The notes: generated by a model not told the origin, from the sequence alone. Positions 21,365 through 31,647 are shown, counted from the stretch's first letter. The stretch is DNA of 64,000 nucleotides from Candidatus Poribacteria bacterium (GCA_965116925.1 OZ220744.1:736001-800000); one strand, 5' to 3'. Made by a program: numbers and translations.

Positions 21365-21854
21365 GGGCGTGTTGACATTTTGATGCTGCTTATTCGGCAA
21401 ACGCTGTAAGCAGCAGGCAATTTGCCAAATGTAGCGCGAACTGTTAGTTTGCAAGCGGGGATCACAATCTAACAGATCGTGGTACAAAAGTAGATTGTAG
21501 GTCGAGATTCATATCTCAACAGAATACATAGCGTGGCGTGCAACAATCCGGGTTGATTGAGCCCAAACTATCGCGCGATATTCTCAGTGGTGTCGATTTT
21601 GGAAAATTGACCTACAGAAATCCGAAGCTATCTCTGATGTGTGAACAAAGGGTTGGGAGACCCAACCCCTACGAAGGGCTGTGAATAAAGGGTTGGGAGA
21701 CCCAACCCCTACGAAGGGCTGTGAATAAAGGGTTGGGAGACCCAACCCCTACGAAGGGCTGTGAACAAAGGGTTGGGAGACTCAACCCCTACGAAGGGCT
21801 ATGTGTCTGTGTGCCTTCTTGATTATCTGATTGCGATGAAATGTCAACAGAACC
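21365..21854. mobile_element. 490-bp MITE, IS5-like shell, TA-flanked
   Basis: GGGCGTGTTGACATTT...AAATGTCAACAGAACC with TA on both sides. Confidence 0.8.
21641..21800. repeat. 4 x 40-bp tandem of a GTAG hairpin unit
   Basis: GTGAA(C/T)AAAGGGTTGGGAGAC(C/T)CAACCCCTACGAAGGGCT at 21641, 21681, 21721, 21761; no spacers. Confidence 0.95.
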
Positions 21855-22007
21855 TAATAACCTTTGGTGCTAATTTAGTGAGAAAGTCGTTTCCACATAG
21901 TTCAAGCTGAAAATCCCGATTTATCGGGGAATCACGTTTCAAGCTATCAACAGCTGCAAGCTAGCACCATTGGTTAATATGGATGAACCTCTCGATGCTG
22001 AGGAACG

Positions 22008-23666
22008 ATGAATCGGAGCGACAACATGGCTTACCGTGACATACTAGAACAAATTCGACTTGCTTTCCCCCAACCGGTATCCGACGCAATCCATGATTCG
22101 TACTTCGTGCATTCGATTATGCGCGCCTTGGATCAGGTTGATGACTTGAAAACACATCTGCCGATGCTTGGTGAGATTGTCGCTGGTGACTTCGAGAAGG
22201 CTAGGCAAACGACGTTACCGGATACGATGACTTCGATTGAGGATGTTACGGCTGACCTTGTGAGTTACCTCCGAGGGATGACCCTGTTTGGGCATCCCCG
22301 GACGCAACAGAACGTTATTCCGCCGCCGACAATTCCAAGTGTGATAGGGGTACTCCTTGCGTCTCTGTATAATCCAAATCTGGTTTGGGATGAATACAGT
22401 CGCTTGGTGGCGTTGGCTGAAGTTGAAGCGGTCGCCATGGCGTCGCAATTGATTGGATACGATCCGGAACAGGCGAGCGGTGTGTTTACTTTTGGGGGCA
22501 CCGCAACGACGCTCTACGGTGTGAAGTTGGGTCTTGAAAAGGCTTGTCCGGGAACGATGCAGAACGGTACACCTGAAGACGCTGTCGTGTTTGTATCAGA
22601 TGCGGGTCACTACTGTGCTGCTAACATTGTCGGTTGGCTCGGAATAGGAACGAACAACCTGATTACGATTCCGACGACAGTCGAGAACGAAATGGATCTC
22701 GTGCAACTTGAGGAAGAAGCACGGACAGCATTAGAGAATGGAAAAAAGATTGCCGCCATCATTGCGACGTTGGGCACTACCGACGCGTTCGGTTTGGACG
22801 ATTTAGTACACATTGTGGCGTTACGAGACACGCTCGTTGATGACTTCCAACTTGACTATCAGCCACACATTCACACGGATGCAGCTATTGGGTGGGCTTG
22901 GTCTGTTTTCAACGACTACGATTTTGAGAATAACCCTCTCGGTTTTCGCCCGCGTACCGTCCGTGCCTTGGCAGGTGCCTCCCGGCGCATACGGCATTTA
23001 TCCCTAGCAGATTCGGTTGGCATTGACTTTCACAAAACCGGTTTTACACCTTATATCTCCAGCCTCGTCCTCTTTAAGAACCGAGCGGACTTGGAACTGG
23101 TGAAACGTCAACCGGAGCAGATGCCGTATCTCTACCAATTTGGGGAACATCGCCCTGGAATGTATACGCTTGAAACCTCTAGAGCCGGGACAGGTCCCCT
23201 TGCTGCACTCGCCAATTTTCGATTGTTCGGTGAGCAGGGGTTACGAGTCATCCTCGGACACATCGTTGAAATGACACAACTCCTGCGGGAACATCTGGAA
23301 GGGCACGAAGGTACAACCGTGCTGAACCGAGAAAATTTTGGAACTGTCACACTCTTCCGCGCCTATCCCGTCGGTGTGGATACCTTCTCAATCAAGGGGC
23401 ATGAATTTGAGGATGCCGCCTATCGCGATAGTTTGCTCGCACATAACGACTACAACCGAGAGATCTCTCAATACGTACATTCGGAGGCGATGGAGGGCAG
23501 AGGGGTTGTGATTTCTATTACAGACTGCTATCGTCGAACCCAATACGGCGAGCCGATTGTAGCCTTAAAATCTTTCATCTTATCCCCGTTTGTTGATGAA
23601 GCCGATGTCGAAATGGTCGTTTCAAAGGTCTTGGAGGCTAGGGGAAAGGTGAGTGGTTCGTGTTAA
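22008..23666 (+). CDS. Group II PLP-dependent amino acid decarboxylase
   Basis: FTFGGT, GHYC, ATLGTTDAFG, HTDAAIG, PLP lysine in DFHKTG. Confidence 0.88.
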   Translation: MNRSDNMAYRDILEQIRLAFPQPVSDAIHDSYFVHSIMRALDQVDDLKTHLPMLGEIVAGDFEKARQTTLPDTMTSIEDVTADLVSYLRGMTLFGHPRTQQNVIPPPTIPSVIGVLLASLYNPNLVWDEYSRLVALAEVEAVAMASQLIGYDPEQASGVFTFGGTATTLYGVKLGLEKACPGTMQNGTPEDAVVFVSDAGHYCAANIVGWLGIGTNNLITIPTTVENEMDLVQLEEEARTALENGKKIAAIIATLGTTDAFGLDDLVHIVALRDTLVDDFQLDYQPHIHTDAAIGWAWSVFNDYDFENNPLGFRPRTVRALAGASRRIRHLSLADSVGIDFHKTGFTPYISSLVLFKNRADLELVKRQPEQMPYLYQFGEHRPGMYTLETSRAGTGPLAALANFRLFGEQGLRVILGHIVEMTQLLREHLEGHEGTTVLNRENFGTVTLFRAYPVGVDTFSIKGHEFEDAAYRDSLLAHNDYNREISQYVHSEAMEGRGVVISITDCYRRTQYGEPIVALKSFILSPFVDEADVEMVVSKVLEARGKVSGSC

Positions 23667-23686
23667 AAGAAAAGGAGGGACATCCC

Positions 23687-24928
23687 ATGGGTGAGCGTTT
23701 GGCTATTAATGGTGGAACCCCGGTGCGTACGCAGCCGTTTGGACCGTCTCACGATTTTGGTGATGAAGATATCGCAGCACTCGCCGAAGTTATTCGTTCA
23801 GGCAACATCGGTAAGGGACCGCAGGTTGCCCAATTTGAGCGTGAGTTTGCTGCCAAACATGGCGTCAAACATGCCATCTCAGTCACTTCCGGTACGGCGG
23901 CGATGCACGTCTGCATTGGAGCGATCAATCCCGACCCCGGCGACGAGATTATCGTTTCGCCTTGGACCGCTGGCGGCAGCTTCATCGGTGCGCTGTTGCA
24001 CAACTGTGTTCCCGTATTCGCCGATATTGACGACACTTTTACCCTTGACCCGAAGGCCGTCGAGGCGAAGATCACGCCACGGACGCGGGCGATTATCGCG
24101 GTGCATCTGTTTGGCAACCCTTGCAACATGGATGCACTGCGGGAGATTGCACAACGGCACCAGCTTTTCTTGATTGAGGACTGTTGTCAGGCTCATTTTG
24201 CGGAATATCAAGGCAAGACCGTCGGCACGCTTGGCGATATCAACGGCTTTAGCTTTGGCGGAAAACACCTTTCGGCGGGCATGGGTGGTATGGTCTTGAC
24301 CAATGATGAGGGACTCTGGGAACGCGGTGTTCTCTTTGCTGATGCCGCGCTGCCTCGCGCCAACGGACCGTATGAAGGGCTGCCTTACGCGAACTATTTC
24401 CTAGCACCGAACTATAAGATTAACGACCTGATTGCGGCGGTGTTGCTCACACAACTCAAGAAGGTTGATGGCTATATTGCGAATAAGATCCGTGCTGCCC
24501 AGCAGATTATTGAGGGACTTGCTGACATTGAGGAGATTACGCCTCAGCAGGTTCGACCGGGTGACCGCCACACCTACTGGGTCCTGGGTTTTACGATTGA
24601 TACCAATCAACTCAACTGCTCCGCCGGGGAGTTCGCCGAAGCGGTAAGCAGAGAGGGAGTCCCGCTGTCGGGACCGTACATCGGATCCGGGAAGGAGGGT
24701 CCTCTTTACCGCAACCCGTTTCTCGCTGAACCGGACTGCTACGGTCGCACCCGCTTCCCATTCGACTATGAACGGGAAAAGCCGATTGACTACCGGCTTG
24801 CCGAATGTTCGTATGGCGAAGCCTTGATGTGCCGAGGTGTCAATCTCAGTATGCTCCCGAGCTTTACCGATGGGGACATTGCGGACATCGTCCGAGCAAT
24901 TCGCAAAGTAGCCCTCCATTATCGCTAG
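23687..24928 (+). CDS. DegT/DnrJ/EryC1/StrS family aminotransferase
   Basis: LAINGG, SGTAA, VHLFG, IEDCCQAH, FSFGGKHL; start ATG 23687 behind GGAGG. Confidence 0.92.
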   Translation: MGERLAINGGTPVRTQPFGPSHDFGDEDIAALAEVIRSGNIGKGPQVAQFEREFAAKHGVKHAISVTSGTAAMHVCIGAINPDPGDEIIVSPWTAGGSFIGALLHNCVPVFADIDDTFTLDPKAVEAKITPRTRAIIAVHLFGNPCNMDALREIAQRHQLFLIEDCCQAHFAEYQGKTVGTLGDINGFSFGGKHLSAGMGGMVLTNDEGLWERGVLFADAALPRANGPYEGLPYANYFLAPNYKINDLIAAVLLTQLKKVDGYIANKIRAAQQIIEGLADIEEITPQQVRPGDRHTYWVLGFTIDTNQLNCSAGEFAEAVSREGVPLSGPYIGSGKEGPLYRNPFLAEPDCYGRTRFPFDYEREKPIDYRLAECSYGEALMCRGVNLSMLPSFTDGDIADIVRAIRKVALHYR

Positions 24929-26073
24929 AACAAGCCCTCCGGCTCCAGACCTAAGAAAAACTGACCCGCTGTCTCATAGTGCGCCATCCGTCCCTGAATC
25001 TGCTGCGTGATAACATGTGCGTCTTGAAACCGGCGTTGAATCGGCTTATGCTCGAAAATGGAGTCAGAACCGCACACCTCATAGACAATATCAACTGCTG
25101 CCGCCGCCATGCGGATGGCGTGAGTTGCAGCCAGTCGTAATCGGATGCGTTCCTCAACCGTCAGGGCGTGAACCTTGCGGGCACTCTCCCACGCTGCGGT
25201 TGCGGCTTCAAGCAGAAATGCGCGCGCCGATCCCCAGATAGCCTCGGCTCTGCCGATTTCGCGTTGGACGATGGGTTTATCTCGCAATAGATTTTGATCA
25301 AAACGCGGACGCTTCCCGCCCGCCAACTCAACCGCGGCATCCAGCGCGGAACGGGCAACGCCGAGTGCCGTGCATGCAAACCCGGAAGCGAACAGCAGCA
25401 GCATCGGCATCACATACAGTGGTCCCTCCTCACGCGGAGAATCTGCCATATTGAAGGTGCGCTCGCTAGGGACGAAGACATCCTCGACCTCAAAGCTGAA
25501 AGTTCCAGTTCCCCGAAGTCCATTGACCTGCCAGACATCTACGAGAGTCACCTGTTCTTTCGGCATGATTAGCATCCGATCCTCCCTCTTGTCGGTCGAA
25601 GGATTTTTGACGGGAGCGGCTGCTGCCATCCAAGTCGCATGGCGGCAGCCGCTGCTAAAATTCCACCGGCCTGTGAGATGGTATCCCCCATTGACTGGAA
25701 CAGCAGAGGCGTTTGTTGGGGGACCGTTTGCGACCACCGCTCGCGGGGCATCCCAAATCTCTCGCGCTAACGGCTTAGGCATTTTTGCAGAGATGGTCGC
25801 AAACACATTATTTTGGTTGATGCACCAAGCGGTGCTACCGTCAACTTCAGCGAAGGTCTGAACGATGGAAAGATGCTCTAGATAGTCGATCTCTCCACCG
25901 CCAAGTGAGCGAGGTACGAGCAGGCGGAAGAAGCCCTTGTCCGCAAGTTCTGCAAAAAGTGCATCGGGTAGCTCCCGTTCGCGATCGATCTCGTCGGTGA
26001 GTGCTGCAACACGGGGCACGAGTTCACGTGCTGCGGTAAGATAGGAGGTGGGATTGTTTTGAGCGGATGCCAT
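24925..26073 (-). CDS. Acyl-CoA dehydrogenase-fold flavin-dependent monooxygenase (HsaA/DszC-like)
   Basis: VPRSLGG, GRWNFSSGCRHA, WQVNGLRGTGT, IQRRFQDAH. Confidence 0.88.
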   Translation of the reverse strand: MASAQNNPTSYLTAARELVPRVAALTDEIDRERELPDALFAELADKGFFRLLVPRSLGGGEIDYLEHLSIVQTFAEVDGSTAWCINQNNVFATISAKMPKPLAREIWDAPRAVVANGPPTNASAVPVNGGYHLTGRWNFSSGCRHATWMAAAAPVKNPSTDKREDRMLIMPKEQVTLVDVWQVNGLRGTGTFSFEVEDVFVPSERTFNMADSPREEGPLYVMPMLLLFASGFACTALGVARSALDAAVELAGGKRPRFDQNLLRDKPIVQREIGRAEAIWGSARAFLLEAATAAWESARKVHALTVEERIRLRLAATHAIRMAAAAVDIVYEVCGSDSIFEHKPIQRRFQDAHVITQQIQGRMAHYETAGQFFLGLEPEGLF

Positions 26074-26169
26074 TTTTTACCTTCACTTTCCGATTAGGGT
26101 TTTTACGGTCGATCTCAGGTCAGATTGTGCGCTATAGTATCACAGATTGGCGTAATGCTTCAACCCTTC

Positions 26170-26198
26170 TTGACAACAGACTTGCATGATGCTACACT
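26170..26198 (+). promoter_or_regulatory. Putative sigma70 promoter for the 26523 membrane gene
   Basis: TTGACA-N17-TACACT with TG at the extended -10 position. Confidence 0.65.
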
Positions 26199-26248
26199 CA
26201 TTCGGCAATGGGGATTATCGTGAATGTAGTAGAACACCAAAAATTGGT

Positions 26249-26384
26249 GGCTCATGTTAAGAAATCGTGCAACAGAAGCCGAATTTTCGTAGGGGTTGGG
26301 TCACCCAACCCCGATAAATCGGGGCGGGGCAACCCCGCCCCTACGATTTCGCTTCATATTTTGCACTTTCTTTTTATATGAGCG
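26249..26384. mobile_element. MITE, IS1595-like shell, with two GTAG hairpins
   Basis: GGCTCATG...ATGAGCG; flanks AAATTGGT / GAATTGGT (7 of 8 match). Confidence 0.78.
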
Positions 26385-26408
26385 GAATTGGTTTGAGGAC
26401 AATGGAGT

Positions 26409-26511
26409 CAGGACTTACGCAAATTTAGCACACAAGGGGTAGATTTTTGATTTTTAACCCCCTAAATCCCCCTTATCAGGGGGACTTACTGAACGTGCTG
26501 CGTGAGTCCTA
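26409..26511. mobile_element. MITE, AGGACTTACGCA shell
   Basis: CAGGACTTACGCA...TGCGTGAGTCCTA with GGAGT on both sides; cargo CCCCTAAATCCCCCTTATCAGGGGGACT. Confidence 0.75.
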
Positions 26512-26522
26512 GGAGTGCTTAA

Positions 26523-28460
26523 TTGCAAGAGACCTCTGAACGCAGAAAATATGAGGGCGCGACAGCGCGCGCAATACAGATTGGTCTGTTTTTAGTCGCC
26601 GCCAACGTCTATTGGGTGACACTTGTGGAGATGAAGTACCGTGCGGAGGCGACCGCCCTGCCGATATTCATCTATCCCATCTTTATTCTGTTCTGCCTTG
26701 TCGTTTTCAACAACTGCCTGTCAAAGGTGTGGCAGCGGATCCGTTTATCGCCTGGGGAGCTGCTTACCATCTATTCGATGCTTGTGATTTCGACTTCGAT
26801 TGCGTCGTATGGAATGTTGCAGGACCTGTTCGCCTTCTTCCTTCATCCGTACCAATTCGCCTCGCCCGAAAATGAGTGGAAGGAACTCTTTTTTCATTAT
26901 ATCCCGCCTTGGTTCACCGCCAACGCGCCTCATGACATACTCGCTGAGTACTACGAAGGCGATTCAACGCTTTACAAAGCAAAGCACCTTAACGCTTGGA
27001 TGAGACCCATATTGGTCTGGACAGTCTTCACGTTGGTGTTGCTATATATGCTTCACTGCATGAACACTCTCGTGCGTCGGCAGTGGGTGCAGACGGAACG
27101 ACTGGCGTTTCCGATCATCCAGCTGCCGGTAGCGATGGTGCAATCATCAAGCTTCCTTCGGAACGGTTTTCTATGGGTCGGTTTCGCTATCCCTGCTGTT
27201 CTTGATCTCATGAACGGGTTGCATGTTCTTTATCCCTCCGTGCCATATCTCCATCTCAAGTTGACCTCTATCAGCCAATATTTCTCCGAGAAACCGTGGA
27301 GTGCGGTAGCAGGTACGCGGCTCTCCTTTTATCCGTTCATGATCGGGCTCGGATTTTTCCTGCCGCTTGACCTCTCCTTTACCTGTTGGTTTTTCTATGT
27401 GCTGCGCCGGCTAATCAGTGTGGTGGTCACCTATTTGGGACTTACGCATCTCCCCGGTTTTCCATACTTTCATGAACAAGCTGGCGGTGGTTGGTTCTGC
27501 CTATTCTTTATTGCGGTATGGGCAACACGGAGGCATTTGGCTTTTGTATTTCGGACTGCGTTTTCTGTGACTTCATCGGTTGATGCGGATGAGCCGATGC
27601 GGTATCGAACGGCACTGATCGGGTTGGTGGGCGGATTTCTGTTCATGGCTATCTTCTCCGCTCAAGCTGGTATGTCAATGATTGCTATCCCCATCTTCTT
27701 TGCCCTCTATTTTGCCATCGCCATTGTTATCACCCGTTTACGGGCAGAATTTGGGGCACCTCACAGGATATCCAATAATCCGATGGACGTGATGGTGACC
27801 TGTTTCGGAACGCTGGCTTGGGGTGGGCGCAACCTGACTGTGATGAGTTTCTATCAGTGGTTTAACCGGAGCTATCGTTCACACGCAAATCCGAATCAGT
27901 TTGAACCGCTCAAGATGGCAGAGGTCGCTAATATCAACAGCCGCCGATTGGTTTGGGCGATGATGCTTGGATCTGCTGTCGCTCTTATTGTGGGGATGTG
28001 GACAAACCTGGACATGATGTATCGTGACGGGGCAATTGCACGGGTGTTGTTCTTCAAGATCTGGGTTGCCAATACAGCATTCCGACGTTTGGAAACATGG
28101 CTGTATCATCCGATGCCCGTCGATTCGCTGCGCATGGCGTTTATGGGAGGTGGGATGGTGCTGACCTTGATTTTGTTTGTCTTGCGAATGCGTTTCTTTT
28201 GGTGGCCTCTTCATCCTGCTGGTTATCCACTCGCCCTCAGTTCCTCAATCGATTACTTCTGGTTTACTTTTTTCATTAGCTGGGGGTTAAAAGCGGTTAT
28301 CCTGAAGTATGGCAAAGTTAGGGGGTATCAACGCGCCATTCCGTTCTTCTTCGGCTTGATTTTGGGGGATTTCATCACAGGTGGGCTCTGGATGGTGTAC
28401 GGTGTTTTGACCCAGCAGCAGGTCTATATGATCTACTTGAATGGGGGGACGTGGTATTGA
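26523..28460 (+). CDS. Multi-pass membrane protein, DUF6785/DUF6784 (OPT-like) putative transporter
   Basis: Many hydrophobic segments; ELLTIYSML, RRQWVQTERLAFPI, RFFWWPLHPAGY, PFFFGLILGD. Confidence 0.7.
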   Translation: MQETSERRKYEGATARAIQIGLFLVAANVYWVTLVEMKYRAEATALPIFIYPIFILFCLVVFNNCLSKVWQRIRLSPGELLTIYSMLVISTSIASYGMLQDLFAFFLHPYQFASPENEWKELFFHYIPPWFTANAPHDILAEYYEGDSTLYKAKHLNAWMRPILVWTVFTLVLLYMLHCMNTLVRRQWVQTERLAFPIIQLPVAMVQSSSFLRNGFLWVGFAIPAVLDLMNGLHVLYPSVPYLHLKLTSISQYFSEKPWSAVAGTRLSFYPFMIGLGFFLPLDLSFTCWFFYVLRRLISVVVTYLGLTHLPGFPYFHEQAGGGWFCLFFIAVWATRRHLAFVFRTAFSVTSSVDADEPMRYRTALIGLVGGFLFMAIFSAQAGMSMIAIPIFFALYFAIAIVITRLRAEFGAPHRISNNPMDVMVTCFGTLAWGGRNLTVMSFYQWFNRSYRSHANPNQFEPLKMAEVANINSRRLVWAMMLGSAVALIVGMWTNLDMMYRDGAIARVLFFKIWVANTAFRRLETWLYHPMPVDSLRMAFMGGGMVLTLILFVLRMRFFWWPLHPAGYPLALSSSIDYFWFTFFISWGLKAVILKYGKVRGYQRAIPFFFGLILGDFITGGLWMVYGVLTQQQVYMIYLNGGTWY

Positions 28461-28629
28461 AAAAATGCGAGCTGTCACCTCCCATCCGAATCTGGTTTTA
28501 TGGAACGTGAAACGTGAAAATTATTTGTTCATTAGTTCATTGAACTGTGCCCCGTAGACATATTGTCCGGTTAGGGTTCTGGGGGATAGCTTGAGTTAAA
28601 CTATATCGACTGTGTTAAACATTATGCAA

Positions 28630-28814
28630 TAGGACTTACGCAGTTGCACGCTCCCCCGCCCTGTTTGGAGAGTCTTAGACTTGCGGTTGGGCGATTTATC
28701 GTTACAGGACACCGTTGCCAACGCCCGATAAATTGGGCAACTCCAGCAGAGACACCCTCAAGGAGTTCGTAGGGAACGCAGATCTGCGTTCCCTACGGAA
28801 GTGCGTAACTCCTA
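28630..28814. mobile_element. 185-bp MITE, TAGGACTTACGCA shell
   Basis: TAGGACTTACGCA...TGCGTAACTCCTA with exact 6-bp duplication ATGCAA; contains the perfect palindrome 28769-28796. Confidence 0.85.
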
Positions 28815-28838
28815 ATGCAATAGAAACCGAGTTTTTGG

Positions 28839-29049
28839 CTGAAGATTAAAAAAACAGTTCGGTAATTTGTTATCGACACCAGCGCGGTTGAAAACCGCGC
28901 CTACCGGGTTGGAGTGAATACGGTGCGGTTGGATGAAAATAAAAAAAACAGTTCGGTAATTTGCTAGCGACGCCGGCGCGGTTTTCAACCGCGCCTACCG
29001 TATGTTTCGAGGAAAATAGGGATTACCGATTTAAATACTTAAACTTCAT
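28839..29049. mobile_element. Composite of hairpin-apex elements (partial copy plus full 117-bp copy 28933-29049)
   Basis: The whole block splits AGAAACCGAGTTTTT-GGC-AAAAACTTGGTTATCT; the inner copy follows the half hairpin GGTGCGGTT-GG. Confidence 0.75.
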
Positions 29050-29126
29050 GCAAAAACTTGGTTATCTTCGTCCCTTGTAATTTCTTTTTACATGAACCCA
29101 CAATTATAAAAAAAGAAGGTGTTTTT

Positions 29127-30569
29127 ATGGTATCACACATCTCGAACAGTCGACCTGATCCGGATCCGATACTTGTTGACATCGCTGCGTATGTCGCACA
29201 GGAGGTTATTGACAGCGACCTCGCTTATGAAACGGCCCGGTACTGCTTGATGGATTCGCTCGGCTGTGCGTTGTTGGCGTTGCGCTATCCCGAATGTACG
29301 AAACATTTGGGACCAACGGTTCCCGGTACATATATCCCACACGGTGCCCGCGTTCCGGGGACACAATTTGAATTAGATCCGGTACAGGCAGCCTACAATA
29401 TTGGCTGTCTGATTCGCTGGCTGGACTATAACGACACATGGCTTGCGGCAGAGTGGGGGCATCCGTCCGATAATCTAGGTGGTTTCCTTGCGGTCGCAGA
29501 TCACTTGAGTCGCCGGAATCTAGCAGATGGACATTCGCCGCTTTTGATGCGAGATCTCCTCACGGCGATGATCAAAGCGCACGAAATTCAGGGTGTCCTC
29601 GCACTGGAAAACAGTTTGAACCGCGTTGGCTTGGATCATGTACACTTTGTGAAAGTTGCATCAACTGCGGTGATAACGGGGCTGCTGGGTGGTGGAGAGG
29701 CGGAGATTATCGATGCCGTTTCCAATGCCTTCGCTGACGGGGGCAGCTTACGGGTTTATCGACAGGCACCAAACACTGGTTCACGTAAATCGTGGGCGGC
29801 GGGCGATGCGACTAGTCGTGCGGTGTGGCTGGCGTTGATGGCGATGAAGGGGGAAATGGGGTATCCGTCCGTACTGTCTGCCGAGGGGTGGGGTTTTTAT
29901 GATGTACAATTCAACGGGAAACCGTTCGTCTGCCAGCAGCCCTATGGCACTTACGTGATGGAGAATATTCTGTTCAAGATTGCGTTCCCGGCAGAATTTC
30001 ACGCCCAGACAGCGGTGGAATGTGCTTTCCAACTGCATGAGAGCGTGAAAGATCGTTTGGATGAGATCAATGAGATTACGATCACAACGCATGAGTCCGC
30101 GATTCGCATCATTTCAAAAACGGGACTGCTGCATAACCCTGCTGATCGCGATCATTGTCTTCAATACATGGCAGCGATTGGACTGATCTACGGCAGACTT
30201 ACCGCTGATCACTATGAAGATGAAGTGGCGGCGGATCCGCGCATTGACCTCTTGCGCGAAAAGATGACCGTCGTAGAAAATCCGCAGTATAGCAAAGACT
30301 ATCTCGACCCGGACAAACGCTCAATTGCCAATGCGCTCCAGATTCGTTTCAAGGATGGTTCAACCACTGAAAAGGTTGAGGTCGAATATCCGATTGGGCA
30401 TCGTCGTCGCCGCGCGGAAGGGATTCCGTTGCTAGAGGAAAAGTTTGTCAATAACCTAGCGACCCGTTTTCCGGTGAAACAGGTGGAGGCAATTATGGAG
30501 CTGTGCTTGAACAGGGAGCAACTGGAAGTTACGCCGGTGAATGAATTCATGGGGATGTTTGTTATCTAA
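29127..30569 (+). CDS. prpD: 2-methylcitrate dehydratase
   Basis: [56 protein letters not shown]. Confidence 0.96.
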   Translation: MVSHISNSRPDPDPILVDIAAYVAQEVIDSDLAYETARYCLMDSLGCALLALRYPECTKHLGPTVPGTYIPHGARVPGTQFELDPVQAAYNIGCLIRWLDYNDTWLAAEWGHPSDNLGGFLAVADHLSRRNLADGHSPLLMRDLLTAMIKAHEIQGVLALENSLNRVGLDHVHFVKVASTAVITGLLGGGEAEIIDAVSNAFADGGSLRVYRQAPNTGSRKSWAAGDATSRAVWLALMAMKGEMGYPSVLSAEGWGFYDVQFNGKPFVCQQPYGTYVMENILFKIAFPAEFHAQTAVECAFQLHESVKDRLDEINEITITTHESAIRIISKTGLLHNPADRDHCLQYMAAIGLIYGRLTADHYEDEVAADPRIDLLREKMTVVENPQYSKDYLDPDKRSIANALQIRFKDGSTTEKVEVEYPIGHRRRRAEGIPLLEEKFVNNLATRFPVKQVEAIMELCLNREQLEVTPVNEFMGMFVI

Positions 30570-30920
30570 CCACCCTAATCAGGTGGAAGCGAGGGAGCGA
30601 GTGTGTGAGGAAGCGGGGAAGCGTGTAAAAACTCACCTCCCCGCCACCTCTGGTTCTCAGGGGGTCTTTTGAGACTGCGCGAAGGTTAGAGTTATTGGTA
30701 AATGTCTACTTATTTTTACAATTCACTATGGTTATTGTTAGCCCTTCCGCTTTAATGGTTTGACGTACTTTGCATAGTAGGCGAATTTAACGAAACTGAA
30801 TGGGGGGAGCTCTCGTTTGTTAAACAGGATGTACCACAAGATATTGGGTTGTTAAGCCCAATGGCACACAAGAAAGTTGCCAAAAAACGCTGAAACCCGC
30901 ATTGCCACTGTCTTTTTCGC

Positions 30921-30949
30921 TTGACACGCTAATGTGTGTGTAGTATAAT
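30921..30949 (+). promoter_or_regulatory. Consensus sigma70 promoter of the HU gene
   Basis: Perfect TTGACA-N17-TATAAT; RBS AGGAGG at 30993. Confidence 0.85.
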
Positions 30950-31003
30950 TGGCTCAGTTTGTAGTATAATTTTTAAGTTTTTTTCATCCATTAGGAGGAT
31001 AAT

Positions 31004-31282
31004 ATGGCTGACGTTAGTAAGCAAGACGTTGTCGATGCCGTTGCTGATGCGACAGGATCGAGTAAAGCAGACGCAAATAGAGCGGTTGACGCCGTTATTG
31101 ATTGTATCAAAGGTTCTTTAGCCGCTGGTAAATCTGTGGGGCTAATTGGTTTTGGTACTTTTGAAGTTAGAGAGAGAGCCGCCCGTGAAGGTCGCAATCC
31201 CCAAACGGGAGCCACGATTAAAATTGAAGCGAAGAAGGTTCCTGCCTTCAAAGCTGGCAAAGGGCTCAGAGACGCTGTTTAA
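31004..31282 (+). CDS. hup: HU family nucleoid-associated protein
   Basis: [34 protein letters not shown]. Confidence 0.97.
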   Translation: MADVSKQDVVDAVADATGSSKADANRAVDAVIDCIKGSLAAGKSVGLIGFGTFEVRERAAREGRNPQTGATIKIEAKKVPAFKAGKGLRDAV

Positions 31283-31513
31283 TAAGTAGTCATAGCGATC
31301 GCCTTGGTTTCCTTAAAATATGTTCTGAGAGTTGTTGAGTTTGTCTTAAGTAAGCCTTGGTGGTCGCTTTCCCTTCCGTCGCCTTCCCCATTACACTTCC
31401 CTCCAATCTATATCCCAAGCGAAACCTCCCAAAAACGCTGAACACTCCTCACTTTATCCTTCAATTTCACTCCCCCAATTTGTGTATTCCTTCGCTGATT
31501 CAAAAAGCAATCC

Positions 31514-31543
31514 TTGACGCCGTGTTACAAAATAGGCTACACT
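31514..31543 (+). promoter_or_regulatory. Putative sigma70 promoter upstream of MoxR
   Basis: TTGACG-N18-TACACT. Confidence 0.5.
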
Positions 31544-31647
31544 TATAGACAGATGTCGAGTGTACATGGTAGAGCAGGGCGGCCCGTCGTAGGAAGTGCC
31601 GCTGTGTGGGGTCCATTTAGAATCTACCTGTAAAAGATTAGTAATCC

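Noticed and set aside
21641..21800. CRISPR array
   Set aside because: Units are contiguous and nearly identical with no unique spacers; no cas genes in the window
31575..31605. SRP RNA because of AGGAAG
   Set aside because: Lacks the conserved CAGG..GNRA..AGCAG helix 8 motif
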